Origin: Octopus vulgaris
Taxonomy: Eukaryota
Length of the DNA: 64,000 nt
Reading direction: 5' to 3'
Assembly: GCA_951406725.2 (NCBI GenBank)
Contig: OX597827.1
Location: 25,358,001 to 25,422,000, forward strand
This document shows, in pieces, positions 12,244 to 27,313 of this stretch. The notes under the pieces were generated by a model. That model saw nothing but the letters and a program-made list of their open reading frames with translations. It made no database searches and had not been told where the DNA came from. The number at the start of each line of letters is the position of its first letter. The first letter of the stretch is position 1. The position numbers were made by a program, and so were the translations under genes.

Positions 12244-13708
12244 AGACACAGAGCTGCATAAGCAAGATATAAGTATATATTTCTCTGACATAAATGTCTG
12301 GACAGTAGATACAAGTATGATAGTTAATCATAATATTTAAATGATCTGTAACTCCAAGACATATTTAAACAGAATTTCAGAATTTTCGTACTAGGAAAAA
12401 AATAGCTCGATAAACATAGCCAGCCATATCTGCCAGTTGTGTTATTATTTCCAAATTGACATCTCTGGCGTGAGAAATTTCAGTTATAAAAGAAACCTGA
12501 TATTTATAGACACACAACTTTAAAATGTCCCGCTTTTATCTCTATTCCGAATTCTTTACGATCATCCATGCATACACACGGACAAACGAAGTCCGTTATT
12601 TCTTGACAAATCACGATGCGTGTCATTCGAGAATATTCACAAGGCATGAATATTTTATGAGAGGAATACAAACGATCGGTATTCACATCTCAACTAATAA
12701 TGCGCTGCGTTCGGTTAAGTTTCGAATTACATATGGAGAAATTAATGCTAATACGAAAGCTTACTCAATGAAGCTGCGTCTATCTTTAAGATAATGCCAT
12801 GGATTATTCTTTGTTCGCCATTATTACAATATCTGCCATTGATTCCAATAAATGGGATGTTATCGAAGATGGGATCTATAAGACTTATACTTCGATTTGG
12901 TGTTTCCAGAGTAACCAGTGTTGTATTAAACAACAATACATAGCCTCAAATAACTAATGATGTAAAGTGTTAATGAGCGAGTTTCTACTCTATCATTGGG
13001 CCTGATAGAAATTACAGTCACATTTCGCTATTCCCGTGCTCTATCGTCTTACACTAAGGAAGAACACGTTGAGTGATGTAGTCCTAGTTACACAATTCTT
13101 GAGAATTAGTCAAGGGTCACGGCTGGAAAGGCCAACAACACTAGAGAAAATGGCAGACATGAAAAGAAAAGGAAGTTAATCGTTTCAGAAGTCTGAACTA
13201 TCGATGGGTCCAGTGGGAAACATCAGTTTCCTTTAACAAGGAAATAAATGAGATAATAATGTACCCGGAAAGCACGCTTCTATTGCAATCTGCAGCTCGA
13301 TACCCGATGAGCATTTGTTTGACCTTCGTGGGTCAAATGAGACCAAGACGCAGTATAGGTTACTGCGGTATATGCGATACCTTCGCAACAATCGCCATCA
13401 CTTGCCAAGGTTCAATTGAGACTGACAGCTTGGATTTTGCAGTTATTACATCTACAGACATTCCACACCACATCCTTCCCTCCCCCACCAAACGGCCACC
13501 CAATTGAACGGCATGAAACCTTTCGCCAAAACACCTCAAAATTGTCCCACATGTTTGCTGTTTTCTTGCTTTGCTTTTTGTACAGCTACAACTCTGCTCT
13601 CGAGCACATTGAGCAGCAAGTCGACGCCACTGGTTTTTGTTGGCTGTGGATTCCTCTGCAGCCGGTCATGCGATACTAACTTTTCACATGTAGGCTATAT
13701 ATATATTT

Positions 13709-13771
<63 letters not shown>

Positions 13772-13929
13772 CTCTCTCTCTCTCTCTCTCTGGCGGAGTG
13801 CGTTTGAAAGCTGTTTTAAAATGGCGTTGTTCTGATAACCGGAGTATGCGACCTGCTACTTTTAAAGTTCGTTCTGAGATGATTTCACTAAGTGGTCTTG
13901 TACTCAGTTTTAGAATATCTTCATATGTT

Positions 13930-15060
13930 AAGTGGTTTTGCTAGTACATTCTCAGAATCCTTCCCAAACATTTTTGGTGGAACACATCTAGATGTCTATC
14001 GATTTTCCATGCCTCATTGTCATACAGAACTGTTGGTTGAAATGAGCTATTAAAGAGCCGGATCTTTTGTGTGTAGGCCGACGTTGTAGGAGGATCAGAG
14101 AGCACATATTCTCTAGAATATTGCACTAGCTTTGCTAGTTCCATGGTTGATGTCAATCTTAATATTGCTATTGCCATTAATGGCACCACCCAGACGCCAC
14201 CAGGCTTCGATATTCTATTGATTGATTTTTATGATCGCCATTGTTGTTCGACGGCGATCATTTGTAATTTACATTATTTTGGTCTTCTGCACACAGATTC
14301 TGAGGCCAATCTTTCCAGCATTCTGTTCTACTTCTGATATGAGCCGTCGTAAGTTTATCCTCTTCAGCAAACAAGACAACGCCATCAGCGCAATCCAGAT
14401 CTTTCAGTCGCGTCTGTTGCTTCCATGATATTTCTCCATCGGGTATCTTTGATGTTTTCTTTAAGACAAAGCGTACTGCTAGTAAGAACAGTAGGGGCAA
14501 CAAAATACAGCCTTGTCTCGCTCCAGTAATGCTGTCGAAGAAGCTTGTCCTGCCGCTTTCTGTTCGAATATATCATTGCCAATTTAAGTAAAGTTCTTTA
14601 AGGATATTGACAATGTGTTGAGGGATGCCATAGCGCAAAGTAAAAGAAAGTAAAATATGCTTAATAGGGAATGTCTGTGGACACTATCAAATGCCTTTCT
14701 AAAGTAAATACAATTTAGTTTTAGTGGTCGTTCATGTTCAGTAAACTGTTCAATAATATTTCTGATTTCAGTTGTTACGAAATCCAGTTTGTTCCGTTTG
14801 TAGTTGAGCGTCAACAATTTCTTTCAGTCTGTTTAGAATCGTTGCGTGGAAAACCTTAGCCACCGCTGACAACAGTCTGATTCCTCATCCATTATTGCAG
14901 TTGGATAGGTCTTCCTTCTTCGGTAATTTCTCAATGATTCCTTGTTGCCAACTCTGTGACACCTTCTGCTCACGCCGGCAGCAATTCAACGGACATGATG
15001 TCAATTCAGTCATTACAGCATTACCAGCATTTTTGAGCATTTCTGCTTTATTATCGTTCC
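13930..15060 (-). mobile_element. Degraded RTE-clade LINE reverse transcriptase fragment
   Basis: Minus-strand motifs GIRLLS, RNIIEQ..EHERPL, KAFDSVHR, LKDLDCADGVVL and LDVFHQKCLGRIL; many stops. Confidence 0.8.
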
Positions 15061-15426
15061 TTATTTAAGTAAATAAGATATCATTTGAGGGTGACTGGGT
15101 TGATATTTCTAGCAGATCGAGCGATCTCGGAGACTCAGCCACATTTGTACGTATAGTGAAACTGTATCGTATAATGATATGCATGGTACAATGACGTTAG
15201 TGAAACAGGGACATGCATTATTTCTGTACGTCAGTAATATATGCAGTTGTGCAGCAGCATATGCAGCATTGAAATATCTGGAGTAAAGTGTAGCATGCTT
15301 CGGAAATGGCCTTTGGAACTACAAGCATGGTTTTTGCTAACTTAGTTCCATTCAAATGACTTTTTATATAGGTTTATGAAATGATACTTCTGTACGTGAA
15401 TGTGTGTGTGTATGTGTTTAGATCTT

Positions 15427-15488
<62 letters not shown>

Positions 15489-15505
15489 TACACATATATA
15501 GATAC

Positions 15506-15602
<97 letters not shown>

Positions 15603-15603
15603 T

Positions 15604-15679
<76 letters not shown>

Positions 15680-15935
15680 CACACGTATATCTCTGTGTGT
15701 GTGTGTATGCGTACAGCACATGGCAATGTGTTTAATGCGACAGATATTCCACTCGTTCTTCTAACAAAAGATCACGTGATCCTGTGCGCTATAGTGTCTA
15801 AAGTAAGTTGCAGGCAACTGCGTCATCAATACAGTTAAATAGGTTAGTAAGATATTGTTGAAGAGTTTCACAGTGAAAATGATCAACAGTTTTTGATAGA
15901 AAGGTAGAGCGAGCGAGCGAGCGAGAGAACGGCAC

Positions 15936-16082
<147 letters not shown>

Positions 16083-16207
16083 GCTGTCTATCTATCTGTC
16101 TATCAGTCTATCTATCTATCTCTCTATATGTATGTATGTAAGTATTAGGTACTGCTTATATAGATGCTCACACATATTTATAGATGTGTATGGTGTGAGA
16201 AATATCG

Positions 16208-16275
<68 letters not shown>

Positions 16276-18199
16276 TAGCAGTGAAAGGAATGTGTGGTAG
16301 GAGGAGGACTTGTTAGTTGAAGTTTGTGCAGTTACAGAGTGCTAATGCAACGCTTACTGCTATTAGTAAAGGAAATAGTGAAATGTTAAGAATAAAGATA
16401 CACTAAAGACAACGCGAAGACATTTAGTAAACATACACAGAAAGGAAGGGAGGGAGAGATAGATAGATAAATAGAGAGAGAGAGAGAGAGAGAGAGGGGG
16501 GAGGGAGAGAGGAAGTGATAGCAGAAGTGATAAAAGGAAAAAAAGTGTATGAAACACATGTAAAGAACAGAAGTTTTATTCAGTTACATACGCAGACACA
16601 TATTGCAGTTTACACATACTCATACACATGCTTGTATAAATACGCTTACACTTACACACACAGGTACATTGACAAGAAAGAAGAAGGAGGAGAAGGAGGA
16701 GCGGATAAATGTGAAGACTAGAGTTGGCGCGAGAAAAGAGAGGTGAAATAAATTGGTCGCTGAATATGTAGATAGTAATCAGGCAAACAGAAAGAGATTA
16801 AGATTCGATAAACTGTTCGGAGGAGCGTTGTCGATAACATTTTACGTCATCAATTAGTGGGATCAAAATGGCGGGAGTTTTGTTTTAATCTTTTTCCATG
16901 ATGGCTGCCGCTGCAATCTCCGTTTCCATCTTAGTGATCATTTTGTTCTCTTATTTCGATTCGTTTGAATGAGCCTTTAGCTTTTAGATTTGGAATATCG
17001 ATTAAGGTAGGGGAAGTGGGAGCCAAGGAGAGAAGGAAGTTGCCGCAGTAAAACTGATTTACAATAAGAAATTGTAATGGAAAAATCTTAGGGAGATCAA
17101 ACGTTGCTGAAAGAAAATGAAACATTTAATGGTTGATGCGATATTAAAGATATTTAATAAGAATTTTTGAAAGTAACCATATGAAAATTAACAAATTCCA
17201 ACTATATTATTGAACTATTTTATTTATTACATTAGCATCCTATTGTAGTTGTAGCAACAGCAGCAGCAGCAGTAGCAGTAGTAGTTGTAGTAGTACAGAG
17301 AAAGAATGACCTACTAGGTTTTGTAAAGAGAGCACAAACATGTGACCAATTTAGTCAAATTGAATAGTAATTATGTCTTATTGTTACTTTTGTGTTGTCC
17401 AAATTCAATTCTGATTGAGAAGCTTTATTATCATCTGAATTCCAGCTGTGACCATCTCGTCTTTTTAAATGTATCTTAGAGTCCATTATCTTAGATATGC
17501 CGATATGCGATTGATGGTGAATTGACTGCTGTTTCTAGCTGGCTGATCAACTACGTTGACGTTACCTCACGAGCTCGAAACGTAATTGTATAAGTTATAA
17601 AGCAGTTAACCATAAATTGGTAATAAAATTTCATGAGTAGGGAACGAGATCAAGGCTGAAGTAACAGTTGTAGCTGTTTCACTAAAGTTAATATGATTTC
17701 ACCTGCAAAACCTGTTAATACTTAAATCTTTTATAACAAATCCGATGACGTGACAAGTCAAAAGTAAAACTGAGTCATCCATACTCGAGTTAACAAGGAT
17801 TGATCAATCTGCAGCTTCGATCAGTCACGAAAATTGACGAGGAAATGAAAGAAAAGAAATAGAGTTTTTACTTGCTCAATGTTATGTTAGAACAATGCCC
17901 GACTGAGTAAAATGATATCAGCTAAAGATTCGCATTACATTTGTGGTATAGGCGCTGGATAGATACATATTTATAGAATTGTCTTTTGTGAGGCAAGACC
18001 AACGGCATTTAGCAGTATTAAGGGTAGGGGAATATTATTTTGGAGTAGAATGCTAATCAAATGTTAATTTTGTTATAAAAAGAGAAATTGTATTATGGTC
18101 AATTTAGACAAGAATCTCCGCCGAAAATTTCAGAATTTCAGAATTCCTGTCGGAAAGGGACATCTTGCTGAGTAGTTACATTCCTACAATGATGAAACC

Positions 18200-19330
18200 T
18201 GATGGTGTATAAGAAGAGTTCTGCAAAATAATTATCTGATAATAATGGGCGATATCAATGTTAATGTCGGGCTAGACGCTTAACGGTTTTAAAGGTAGGT
18301 AAGATGTGGAGAGGGGAGATACAAAAGGGATCATCTCATTTTATGGTGCGAACAAAGCCTCATGAATAACGATACCATCTTGGAGCGGAAGGAAAGATGG
18401 AAAGTGACTTAGATGAATCCGCGTTGAAAGCACCGGAATAATTAAACTAAAACAGCAGGAGAGAGGTGATACACTCATTATATTGGTGGAGAAGCAAACT
18501 TTGTTTGGGATTATCGAAAGCCTTTGGTGCAGCACCTAAAACATAGACCACCCAAGTCTTAAAAGCTGGGAACAGAAAAGTTGGCGGATAGGAATGTAAA
18601 GACTATTACGGAAAGAAATAGAAAATTTTGGAATCGGGGAAATAACTACCAAAAATAACAAAGTTTGAATTTCAAAATGACCCTTGCTTTGCTCGATTGC
18701 ACGACTGTATATGACTGGGAGAACTGTGAATGGAAAATCAAGAAAGATTGTAAGACTAGTAATATTGCATCACTGTTTGGGCAATACAACCAAGCTGAGT
18801 ACAAATGCCTCTACGTCACCAACACTCCTTTGAACTTAGCTAAAATCATACAATCGAAGTAGAAGCTGCAACATTACATCCTTAGAATGGAGTTAGAGTG
18901 ATGTAAGAAGGAACTAGTTGAGAAAAATGTTGAAATTGATCCCCTGTCTTCTATACTTCAGAGAAGATGCAGAAATGCAGAGCCTTGTGGCTGAATTTGG
19001 TTGCCAAATCACAAATTTTGGTTTTAACAATAACATGTTTTCAATCAGTGAAACCCTGGCACGAATCTATTGGAACAACCTGAGGCCACTCTATCGCCAT
19101 AGAAAAGGAAGCTGGTAGAAATAAAGCTACTTTACATATCTAGTCAATGTAATCAACAATGGTGATCTGGCTACGGGAGTGAGAAGGAGTAAAATCACAA
19201 AGAAGATACAAATGTATGGCTAAACATAATTTGCGGCGATCGAACATTGATAGACAAAGCCGGATCACAGAAGCTGAGGAAAGAAACCTGTGGAGGAGAG
19301 CTATCCACCTTTGATACTAAGAGTCGTGAC
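18200..19330 (+). mobile_element. Highly decayed LINE (RTE-like) remnant
   Basis: IMGDIN (APE xGDFN-like) at ~18243, purine-rich decayed coding texture, RTE-like 3' part (agaaacctgtggagg). Confidence 0.4.
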
Positions 19331-19820
19331 AATACATTCAGTTAGTCATTGATCGAATGGATGGATAACCTACAACGATGGAGAGGATGATTTCCCCTAT
19401 ATATTAAAACGTATAAATTCAAGTCAAGATAGCCACTATGTGGTTGCAACAACTGCTAGAAATAGTAACCAATTATTTCTCGAATCACACGGAGGAAAAC
19501 GTTGGATATTGTAATATGAGTCTGACAAAACGATGGGCAGATATGTTTAGAATACCATTGGCTCATAGGTTTGCTTGACCTAGTCTTTCGTAGGTTTATT
19601 CCACAAAACTAATATAAAGCCATTTACATTTTTAAGCAATAAACCTTCTCATCAAAAAAGGTACATTAGATTGAGATTAGCAATGGTAGCAGAGAGAAAG
19701 TAAATCTTTTGTACATAGGCGGGGTAGTATAACCATTCACCCCAAGAAATTCTTACAACAATCTTTATGTAGATTTATGATCATAAAAGGCGTACGTTTG
19801 TGTGTACGCACACACACATA

Positions 19821-19926
<106 letters not shown>

Positions 19927-20919
19927 ATTTAGGAATGGTCATTTTGCCAGTTTAGCCATACACACACACACACACACGCCTCAGCGGAATTCGAACTCAG
20001 AGCGTCGCGGCAGACGAAATACCGATAAGCATTTCACCCGGTGTGCTAACGTTTCTGCCAGCTCGCCGGGTGCGCAAACCATTCTGCCAGCTGCCCACCT
20101 TGTCGTCTTGTATATATACGTATTAAAACATACATTTGCGTATATTCATACATAGGTAGATGCATATAAACATACATAAACACATAGACGGTACACACCG
20201 TCTTTGCAACTGAGGAATATGAGATCCTTGAACAATGAAAAGAGATAAGGATGCCTCCGGACAACAACGTTATGATAGAAAATATCGATTGAACCATAAT
20301 GGCGTGAGAAATATAACCCACATTATCAGCAACTTCTTAAGAATCTCTGCAAGGTACTAATTTTTCAGGAGACATGGCACCCATGCAAAATCTGATAATC
20401 TTTCTGGCTTTAGGAACGACTGTTCTCATGGTCATACTGCAGAAAAGCTAGAACAAGAATACGCTCGCAACATTTCAAAAATAAAGAACACACGTTATAC
20501 ATTCCAACCAGGAATCCAGTGCTGGAACAACAAAGCTGACTTTCTTTGAGACGGTGGAGTAAAAGTCATGTATTGAAGCAGAGGTCAGCTGCTGTCCAGC
20601 GGATGTGGTTATCTTGAATAATATCATGGAAAATAAAACATGTATGGTGAACTGATGCATAACAAACGGTTCTTGTCTTCTGGATATAGTTAACCATGTG
20701 TACCAGTGATCTCGAATGCCAACAGATTTATATAAAACGTGGATAGCCAGGATTTTCTAAGAAAGAACAAAGAAAAATTCTTCGTTTGCTCGGACTAAAA
20801 TGAACAATCACATATGAACAATCTTAAATATATATATTGTACGATCATAAATATACGAAGACGAAATGATTTCTACATACCAGCAGAAAGATATGCATCA
20901 ATGTTCTAGCAGAAAATGT

Positions 20920-21002
<83 letters not shown>

Positions 21003-21005
<3 letters not shown>

Positions 21006-21650
21006 CCTGGATTTGCCCCATGAAAAAAACTGGTGGGAACACAAACCACCCCCAGTGCTTGAAAATGACCACATCTCACTCCTCTGGAACTTCACCATTC
21101 AAACTGACAGAAAGATAGATGCAAATAGGCCAGACATCATATTGAAAAACTTCAAACAAAGAACATGCCTCCTCATTGATATGACTGTCCCAATCGATAT
21201 AAACGTATCTGTCAAGACCTACCAAAAACAGAGCAAATATAAAGATCTTGAAATAGAAATCAGCAAAATGTGGAACCTGAAGACTAAAACAATACCTGTT
21301 GTCATAGGTGGCTTAGGAATGATAGCAAAAGGGGCTGATAGCTACCAAACTCAGATACCAGGAAACCCCAAAATGGCAGAAATTCAAAAGATAGTGCTCA
21401 TGGGAACTGCTCATATCCTACGCAAAATACTTTCTATGTAATCTCAAGGTTTAAAACAAACATAATTCTCGGTTTAAAAAAAAAAAAGAAAAAAAAATTT
21501 TTTTTTTAGACATTCATTAGTACAACACCCAAAACTCCCCCCCAAATATATGGCACACTAGGCATAACAACAACATGAACTTCCAGCCTGTTGTCTCTGG
21601 GTGAGACTTGGAGCCAACTTGTACAAATATAAAGCAAAAGTCAAACATAG
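21003..21650 (+). mobile_element. R4/Dong-like non-LTR retrotransposon 3' fragment (restriction-like endonuclease)
   Basis: LLWNFTIQTDRKIDANRPDIIL..CLLIDMTVP..KQSKYKDL..IPVVIGGLG (PD-(D/E)xK RLE), then 3' UTR and (TAA)n. Confidence 0.9.
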
Positions 21651-21699
21651 AATAATAATAATAATAGTAATAATAATAAAACAAACTATGCTAGATCAT

Positions 21700-22045
21700 A
21701 GATATAGCATGCCCAGCTGACAACAAGGTGTGCGATAAGGAAGAAAGAAAAGTTGATGGATATGACAGGTTAGCTTGGGAGGTTAAGCAGTTGTGGTCGA
21801 TGAAAAAGGTAACAGTAGTATCAATAATTGTCGGAGCCCTGGGAACAGTGAGCAAAAATTTCAAAAAGTACTTGGAACAAATAGGGGCTGCAATAAGGGT
21901 GGTGCACTTGCAGAAAACAGCACTGCTTGGAACCGCTCGAATACTCCGGAAGGTACTCGAAAAATAAGAGGTGTTACCTTAGTTCACTGGTAGTGAACAG
22001 CTAACACTGTAATACATCTCCAGTGTTAGAGGCTCTGCAAAGGCA
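21700..22045 (+). mobile_element. R4/Dong-like 3' fragment, second family
   Basis: KEERKVDGYDRLAWEVKQLWSMKKVTVVSIIVGALGTV..LQKTALLGTARILRKVL, followed by a (TAA)n tail. Confidence 0.85.
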
Positions 22046-22109
22046 ATAATAATAATAACAATAATAATAATAATAGCAATAATAATAATAATAATGATAA
22101 TAATAATAA

Positions 22110-22651
22110 ATGCCCTAATGCAGTACTAGGCAGTGGCTTTCATGGCTTCTGATCTTAACTGATTGGAAGTGTTATCATGTACATTGTTTTGTCTTGGTAT
22201 AAAAGATGGGCTACAGCAAATATTCTGCTCAATACCACAGATTTGCTTGTCAGTTGTTTGACCGTAACCAGTTAGTGGCTGACGATATGTGCATCTCTGA
22301 TCACGAGCAGAAGTAGTGGGGGAGCATCATAGCCATGTGTTGAGAGGGATTCTTTGGGGTTTGAATAATTCACCTCTGGAAACATGGGTGGTTCTTTCAA
22401 CATCCTTAAACAACCCTTATTCAGGGACCTTTTGAGCGGGATAGGCTACTCAACCTGAAGAAAATTCTAACTGGGCCCCACCTGCAAGGTTATGCGCTGT
22501 TTATCTTGATATGAGATCACAATGTGCACATATGGTTGTGATGCATGTGCCTGGTGTACCCTTATCAGACGGGTAGTCATGATGGGTATATTGGGCTTCG
22601 TATATTTTACCCCAGTGTCACTTTTTAATGGCATGAACTGCTCTCTCACTC

Positions 22652-22652
<1 letters not shown>
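22110..22652 (+). mobile_element. Non-coding (TAA)n-associated interspersed repeat
   Basis: 3' part repeated at 24810-25128 with the same end (ctctctcactcaataataat); middle part repeated, diverged, at ~40165-40335. Confidence 0.75.
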
Positions 22653-22686
<34 letters not shown>

Positions 22687-22706
22687 TGATAATGATGATA
22701 ATGATG

Positions 22707-22760
<54 letters not shown>

Positions 22761-22765
22761 TTAAC

Positions 22766-22835
<70 letters not shown>

Positions 22836-22842
22836 TTAATAA

Positions 22843-24745
22843 TAACCACTCTAATGGAGTACTTGCCTCAGAAAATATAAACATCAACTGTGGAATTTTT
22901 CAAGGTGACTCACTTTCACCTTTAATATTCTGCATAGCCCTAATACCCCTTACAAGTGAATTAAACAGAACAGGGTATGGGTATAAAATTGCCAATAAAA
23001 AAATAAGCCATCTATTTTATATGGATGACTTAAAACTTTATGGTAAAGACAATAATGAACTTGAAGGCCTATTGCGCACCGTGAAATCATTCAGCGATGA
23101 CATCGGGATGGAGTTTGGACTTGAGAAGTGTGCCAAGGCCACTTTCCAGAAAGGGAAAGTGAAGACCACAAATTCAGTCGTGTTAGATGTTGACACAGTC
23201 ATAAGAGAGCTTGAGCAAGAACAAACATACAAATATTTAGGGATAAATGAAGGCTCTGGTATTCAGCATGCAAGCATGAAAGAGAAAATCAGGAAGGAAT
23301 GTTATAGGAGAGTTCGTGCAGTCCTGAAATCTGAACTAAATGCACGTAACAAGGTGTTAGCTATAAATTCCCTAGCAGTTCCAGTTGTTACTTATAGCTA
23401 CAATGTGTTGAACTGGAATATGAGTGAAGTAAAGAATATAGATAGAAAAATACGCAAGCTGCTGAGTTGTAATAGGATGCACCGCCCAAAGGCAGACGTA
23501 GATCGCCTTTACCTTCCCAGAGCCCAAGGAGGTCGAGGCCTGATCCAATTTGAACTAGCTTACAAAACAACCACAATTGGACTGGCCAAATATCTCGAAA
23601 TATCGAATGACTGGATGCTAAAGCTCGTGGAAAATCACGACAGACGAAAGAAGCTTCATTCTATCATAAAGGAAAGCAAAAAATTTGCTATTGATCTCGT
23701 GCAGGATACCCAAACTGAACAACCCGAGGGAAGTACGGCAACTATTGCTGCAAAGAAGGTGAAAATGATGGCAATGAAAAAAGCGCACGAGCAATTGGCT
23801 GATAGGTGGGAGGAGAAACCTCTGCACGGCAAATATGTGACCCGCAGCAAACAAGCTGATGTTGACCAGAAGCAAACCCATCAGTGGCTACGGAGCTCAG
23901 GGCTAAAAGCAGAGAGGCGAAGGTTTCATCCTGGCTGCTCAAGACCAAAGCCTATCAACCCGGAACTACCAGGCCAATGTGATGAAAAATGGAGCAGACC
24001 CAAAATGCCGATTCTGCAACGACATGATTGAAACAGTGGACCACCTAATCTCTGGATATAAAGTCTTAGCACCAGTGGAGTATAAATTAAGACATGACAG
24101 AGTTGGCCAATATCTCCACTGGCTAATAAGTCGGCATTACAATATCAAAACTGCCGACAAGTGGTATAATCACCACCCTGAGGCTGTAACTGAAGGAGAA
24201 AATGTAACCATTCTGTGGGACTTTCCAGTACATACAGACCGAACCATCAAGGCCAATAAACCAGATATTGTTGTGAAAGACCAAAACAATAAAGTTTGCT
24301 TATTGATCGACATGAGCATCCCCGTGATCATAATATCTCAGCGAAAGAGTTTGACAAGCTCAGAAAATATAAAGACCTACTCATTGAAATTGAGAAAATG
24401 TGGCATCTCAAGGCGGTTACAATACCAGTGATCGTAGGAGCACTAGGAATGATCAAGAAGGGAACCGAAAATTATATGAGAATGATCCCTGGCTTACCAT
24501 CCCTGCAAGAAGTGCAAAAGATTGTCTTAACTGGTACATCACACGTATTGAGAAGAGCATTGTCGATGTGAGAACTGTTGCTGCTCATGCATTTTAATTT
24601 AACTTAAAAAAAAAAAAAAAAAAATGAACGAACTACTGAGTTTGGTTTAATGGCCTACCAATATACACTATGAGTTTCTTTGCCCTAGGAGTCGGGAAGA
24701 CACTCGGCAAGAAATGGAAGAAAATTTGAAAGAAGAAAAAAAAAA
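22843..24745 (+). mobile_element. 5'-truncated R4/Dong-like LINE: RT (C-terminal half), zinc knuckle, RLE; frameshifted
   Basis: QGDSLSPLIFC, HLFYMDDLKLY, YKYLG, RLYLPRAQGGRGL, CRFCNDMIETVDHLISG, RHD, ILWDFPVHTDRTIKANKPDIVV and KLRKYKDL; flanked by (TAA)n. Confidence 0.95.
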
Positions 24746-24809
<64 letters not shown>

Positions 24810-25128
24810 ATTTGGGAGAGGGATTCTTTGGGGTTTGAATAATTCACCTCTGGAAACATGGGTGGTTCGTTCAAACATCCTTAACAACTCTTATTCAGGG
24901 ACCTTTTGAGCGGGATGGGTTACTCGACCAGAAGAAAATTCTAACTGGGCCCCCATTTGCAAGGTCATGTGCTGTTCATCTTGATATGATATCACCATGT
25001 CGTTCACTTATAGTTGTAATGCATGTGCCTGGTGTACCCTTATTAGACGGGTAGTCATGATGGGTATACTGGGCTTCGTATATTTTACCCCAGTGTCACT
25101 TTGATAGCATGCACTGCTCTCTCACTCA
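24810..25128 (+). mobile_element. 5'-truncated copy of the 22110-22652 repeat
   Basis: High identity to 22342-22652; (TAA)n on both sides. Confidence 0.8.
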
Positions 25129-25727
25129 ATAATAATAATAAGGATAGCAAGGATATACTATGGAATCAACAGCGAGGATGTATCTCATGTTATGCACATC
25201 TATCTATCCGAAACATTCAAAGAACACATTCTATGATGTGGTTGTGAAAATAACACATAATGCAACTAGTAGAAAGGAGAGTCCCAGAGATGAAACTAGA
25301 GGACATATGTATGTGTGCATGTGTGTATGTATGTATGTATTATGTATGTATGTATGTGTGTATGTGTGTGTGTATGTATGTATGTATGTATGTATGTATG
25401 TATGTATGTATGTATGTATGTATGTATGTGTGTATGTATGTGTGTGTGTATGTATGTGTGTAGAAGATTCGGAAGATGGGTTTCGATGAACTATTCAAAG
25501 CGGGTAAGTTGCACCAGAAATGTATTGCAAAAGTCAGCGGCAAGGGAGTCATGCAATAGGAATTTCGAATCAAGTGGCCATCGCATTTTGGAGCGCTGTC
25601 ATTGGAAATGTCCATACTCACACTGAAGATGACCAGGACCGATTAGAATTTCTTGGGGAGATGTGTAGATGTACAATTTACAACAAAGATTATTTGTAGG
25701 CTTTATTTAAAATAAATGCCTCTAATG

Positions 25728-25890
25728 TGCAGGCGTGGGTGTGTGGTAAGAAGCTTACTTCTCAACCACATCGTTCCGAGTTCAGTCCTACTGCGTAGCG
25801 CCTTCAGCAAGTGTCTTCTGTTATAGCCTCGGGCCGACCAAAGCCTTGTGAGTGGATTTGGTACACGGAAACTGAAAGAAGCCCGTCTTA
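25728..25890 (+). mobile_element. SINE family A head
   Basis: Homology to the other family A copies. Confidence 0.8.
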
Positions 25891-25997
25891 TATATATTCG
25901 TAACATCATCGAATCTGAAGCTTAACTATAATCTTACTCAGCATTACCTGATACATTTGTGTCTTCTTGACACCAATACCTCCCATACCCTCGATAT

Positions 25998-26654
<657 letters not shown>

Positions 26655-26841
26655 TTTTCTAAAAGTTCCTACCGATTATGGTACTCATTTCATACCGATA
26701 ACTACTTGGTAATAATTGTTAATTTTAGAATTTATAATTATTTACCCTTATATTAGTAATTTATATATATATATATATATATAATAGAAATATTAAAATA
26801 ACTAAGTCTCTCTAAAAGAGAACAGCGGCAGCGTTCCCGGA

Positions 26842-26989
26842 AAATAATAGTTATCGCCATATAATATGGCATTCTTATAAAAATAAGAAAAAGCTGTCCG
26901 CTTAATAAGGCGATGGCCTCATGGAGCTAATAAGCGGACAGCTTTTTTCTTATTTTTATAAGAATGCCATATTAATATGGCGATAACTA

Positions 26990-26995
<6 letters not shown>
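26842..26995. repeat. Near-perfect hairpin (~62-bp arms, ~26-nt loop) abutting (TA)n
   Basis: aaataatagttatcgccat...gctgtccgctta / taagcggacagc...atggcgataactattattt. Confidence 0.9.
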
Positions 26996-27052
<57 letters not shown>

Positions 27053-27058
<6 letters not shown>

Positions 27059-27250
27059 ATCCAAACATGAAAGCACAAAGAGATAACACAACAACGCAAG
27101 GACGTGGAACAAATATAAGGTTATTGGACGCTCAGGAAAGGAAAGAAAGAAAGAGGATTTAACGTTTCGAGCGGAGCTCTTCGTCAAAGACATAGGAAAA
27201 GGAAAGATCGAAGGAAGGGAAGACGGAGGAAAAAATCGCCAACGGTATAC
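27053..27250 (-). mobile_element. Short (TA)n-embedded element with HHR-like motif; truncated copy at 55623-55730
   Basis: Minus strand TTGACGA-a-gagc tcc gctc-GAAAC-GTT-aaa at ~27158-27190. The first ~100 bp are repeated at 55623, also beside (TA)n. Confidence 0.65.
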
Positions 27251-27279
27251 AGACACACACACACACATTCACACGCACG

Positions 27280-27313
<34 letters not shown>

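Larger units (their letters stand above)
20922..25140 (+). repeat. (TAA)n/(TGA)n microsatellite array split by multiple LINE insertions
   Basis: TAA tracts at 20960-21001, 21651-21678, 22046-22108, 22653-22842, 24747-24808 and 25128-25140. Confidence 0.9.

Noticed and set aside
16840-17130. Possible conserved regulatory element (aaaatggcg, YY1-like)
   Set aside because: A single motif in unique sequence cannot be supported without conservation or chromatin data.
20922-25140. CRISPR-like repeat/spacer arrangement
   Set aside because: The repeats are simple TAA tracts and the spacers are LINE fragments; eukaryotic DNA with no cas genes.
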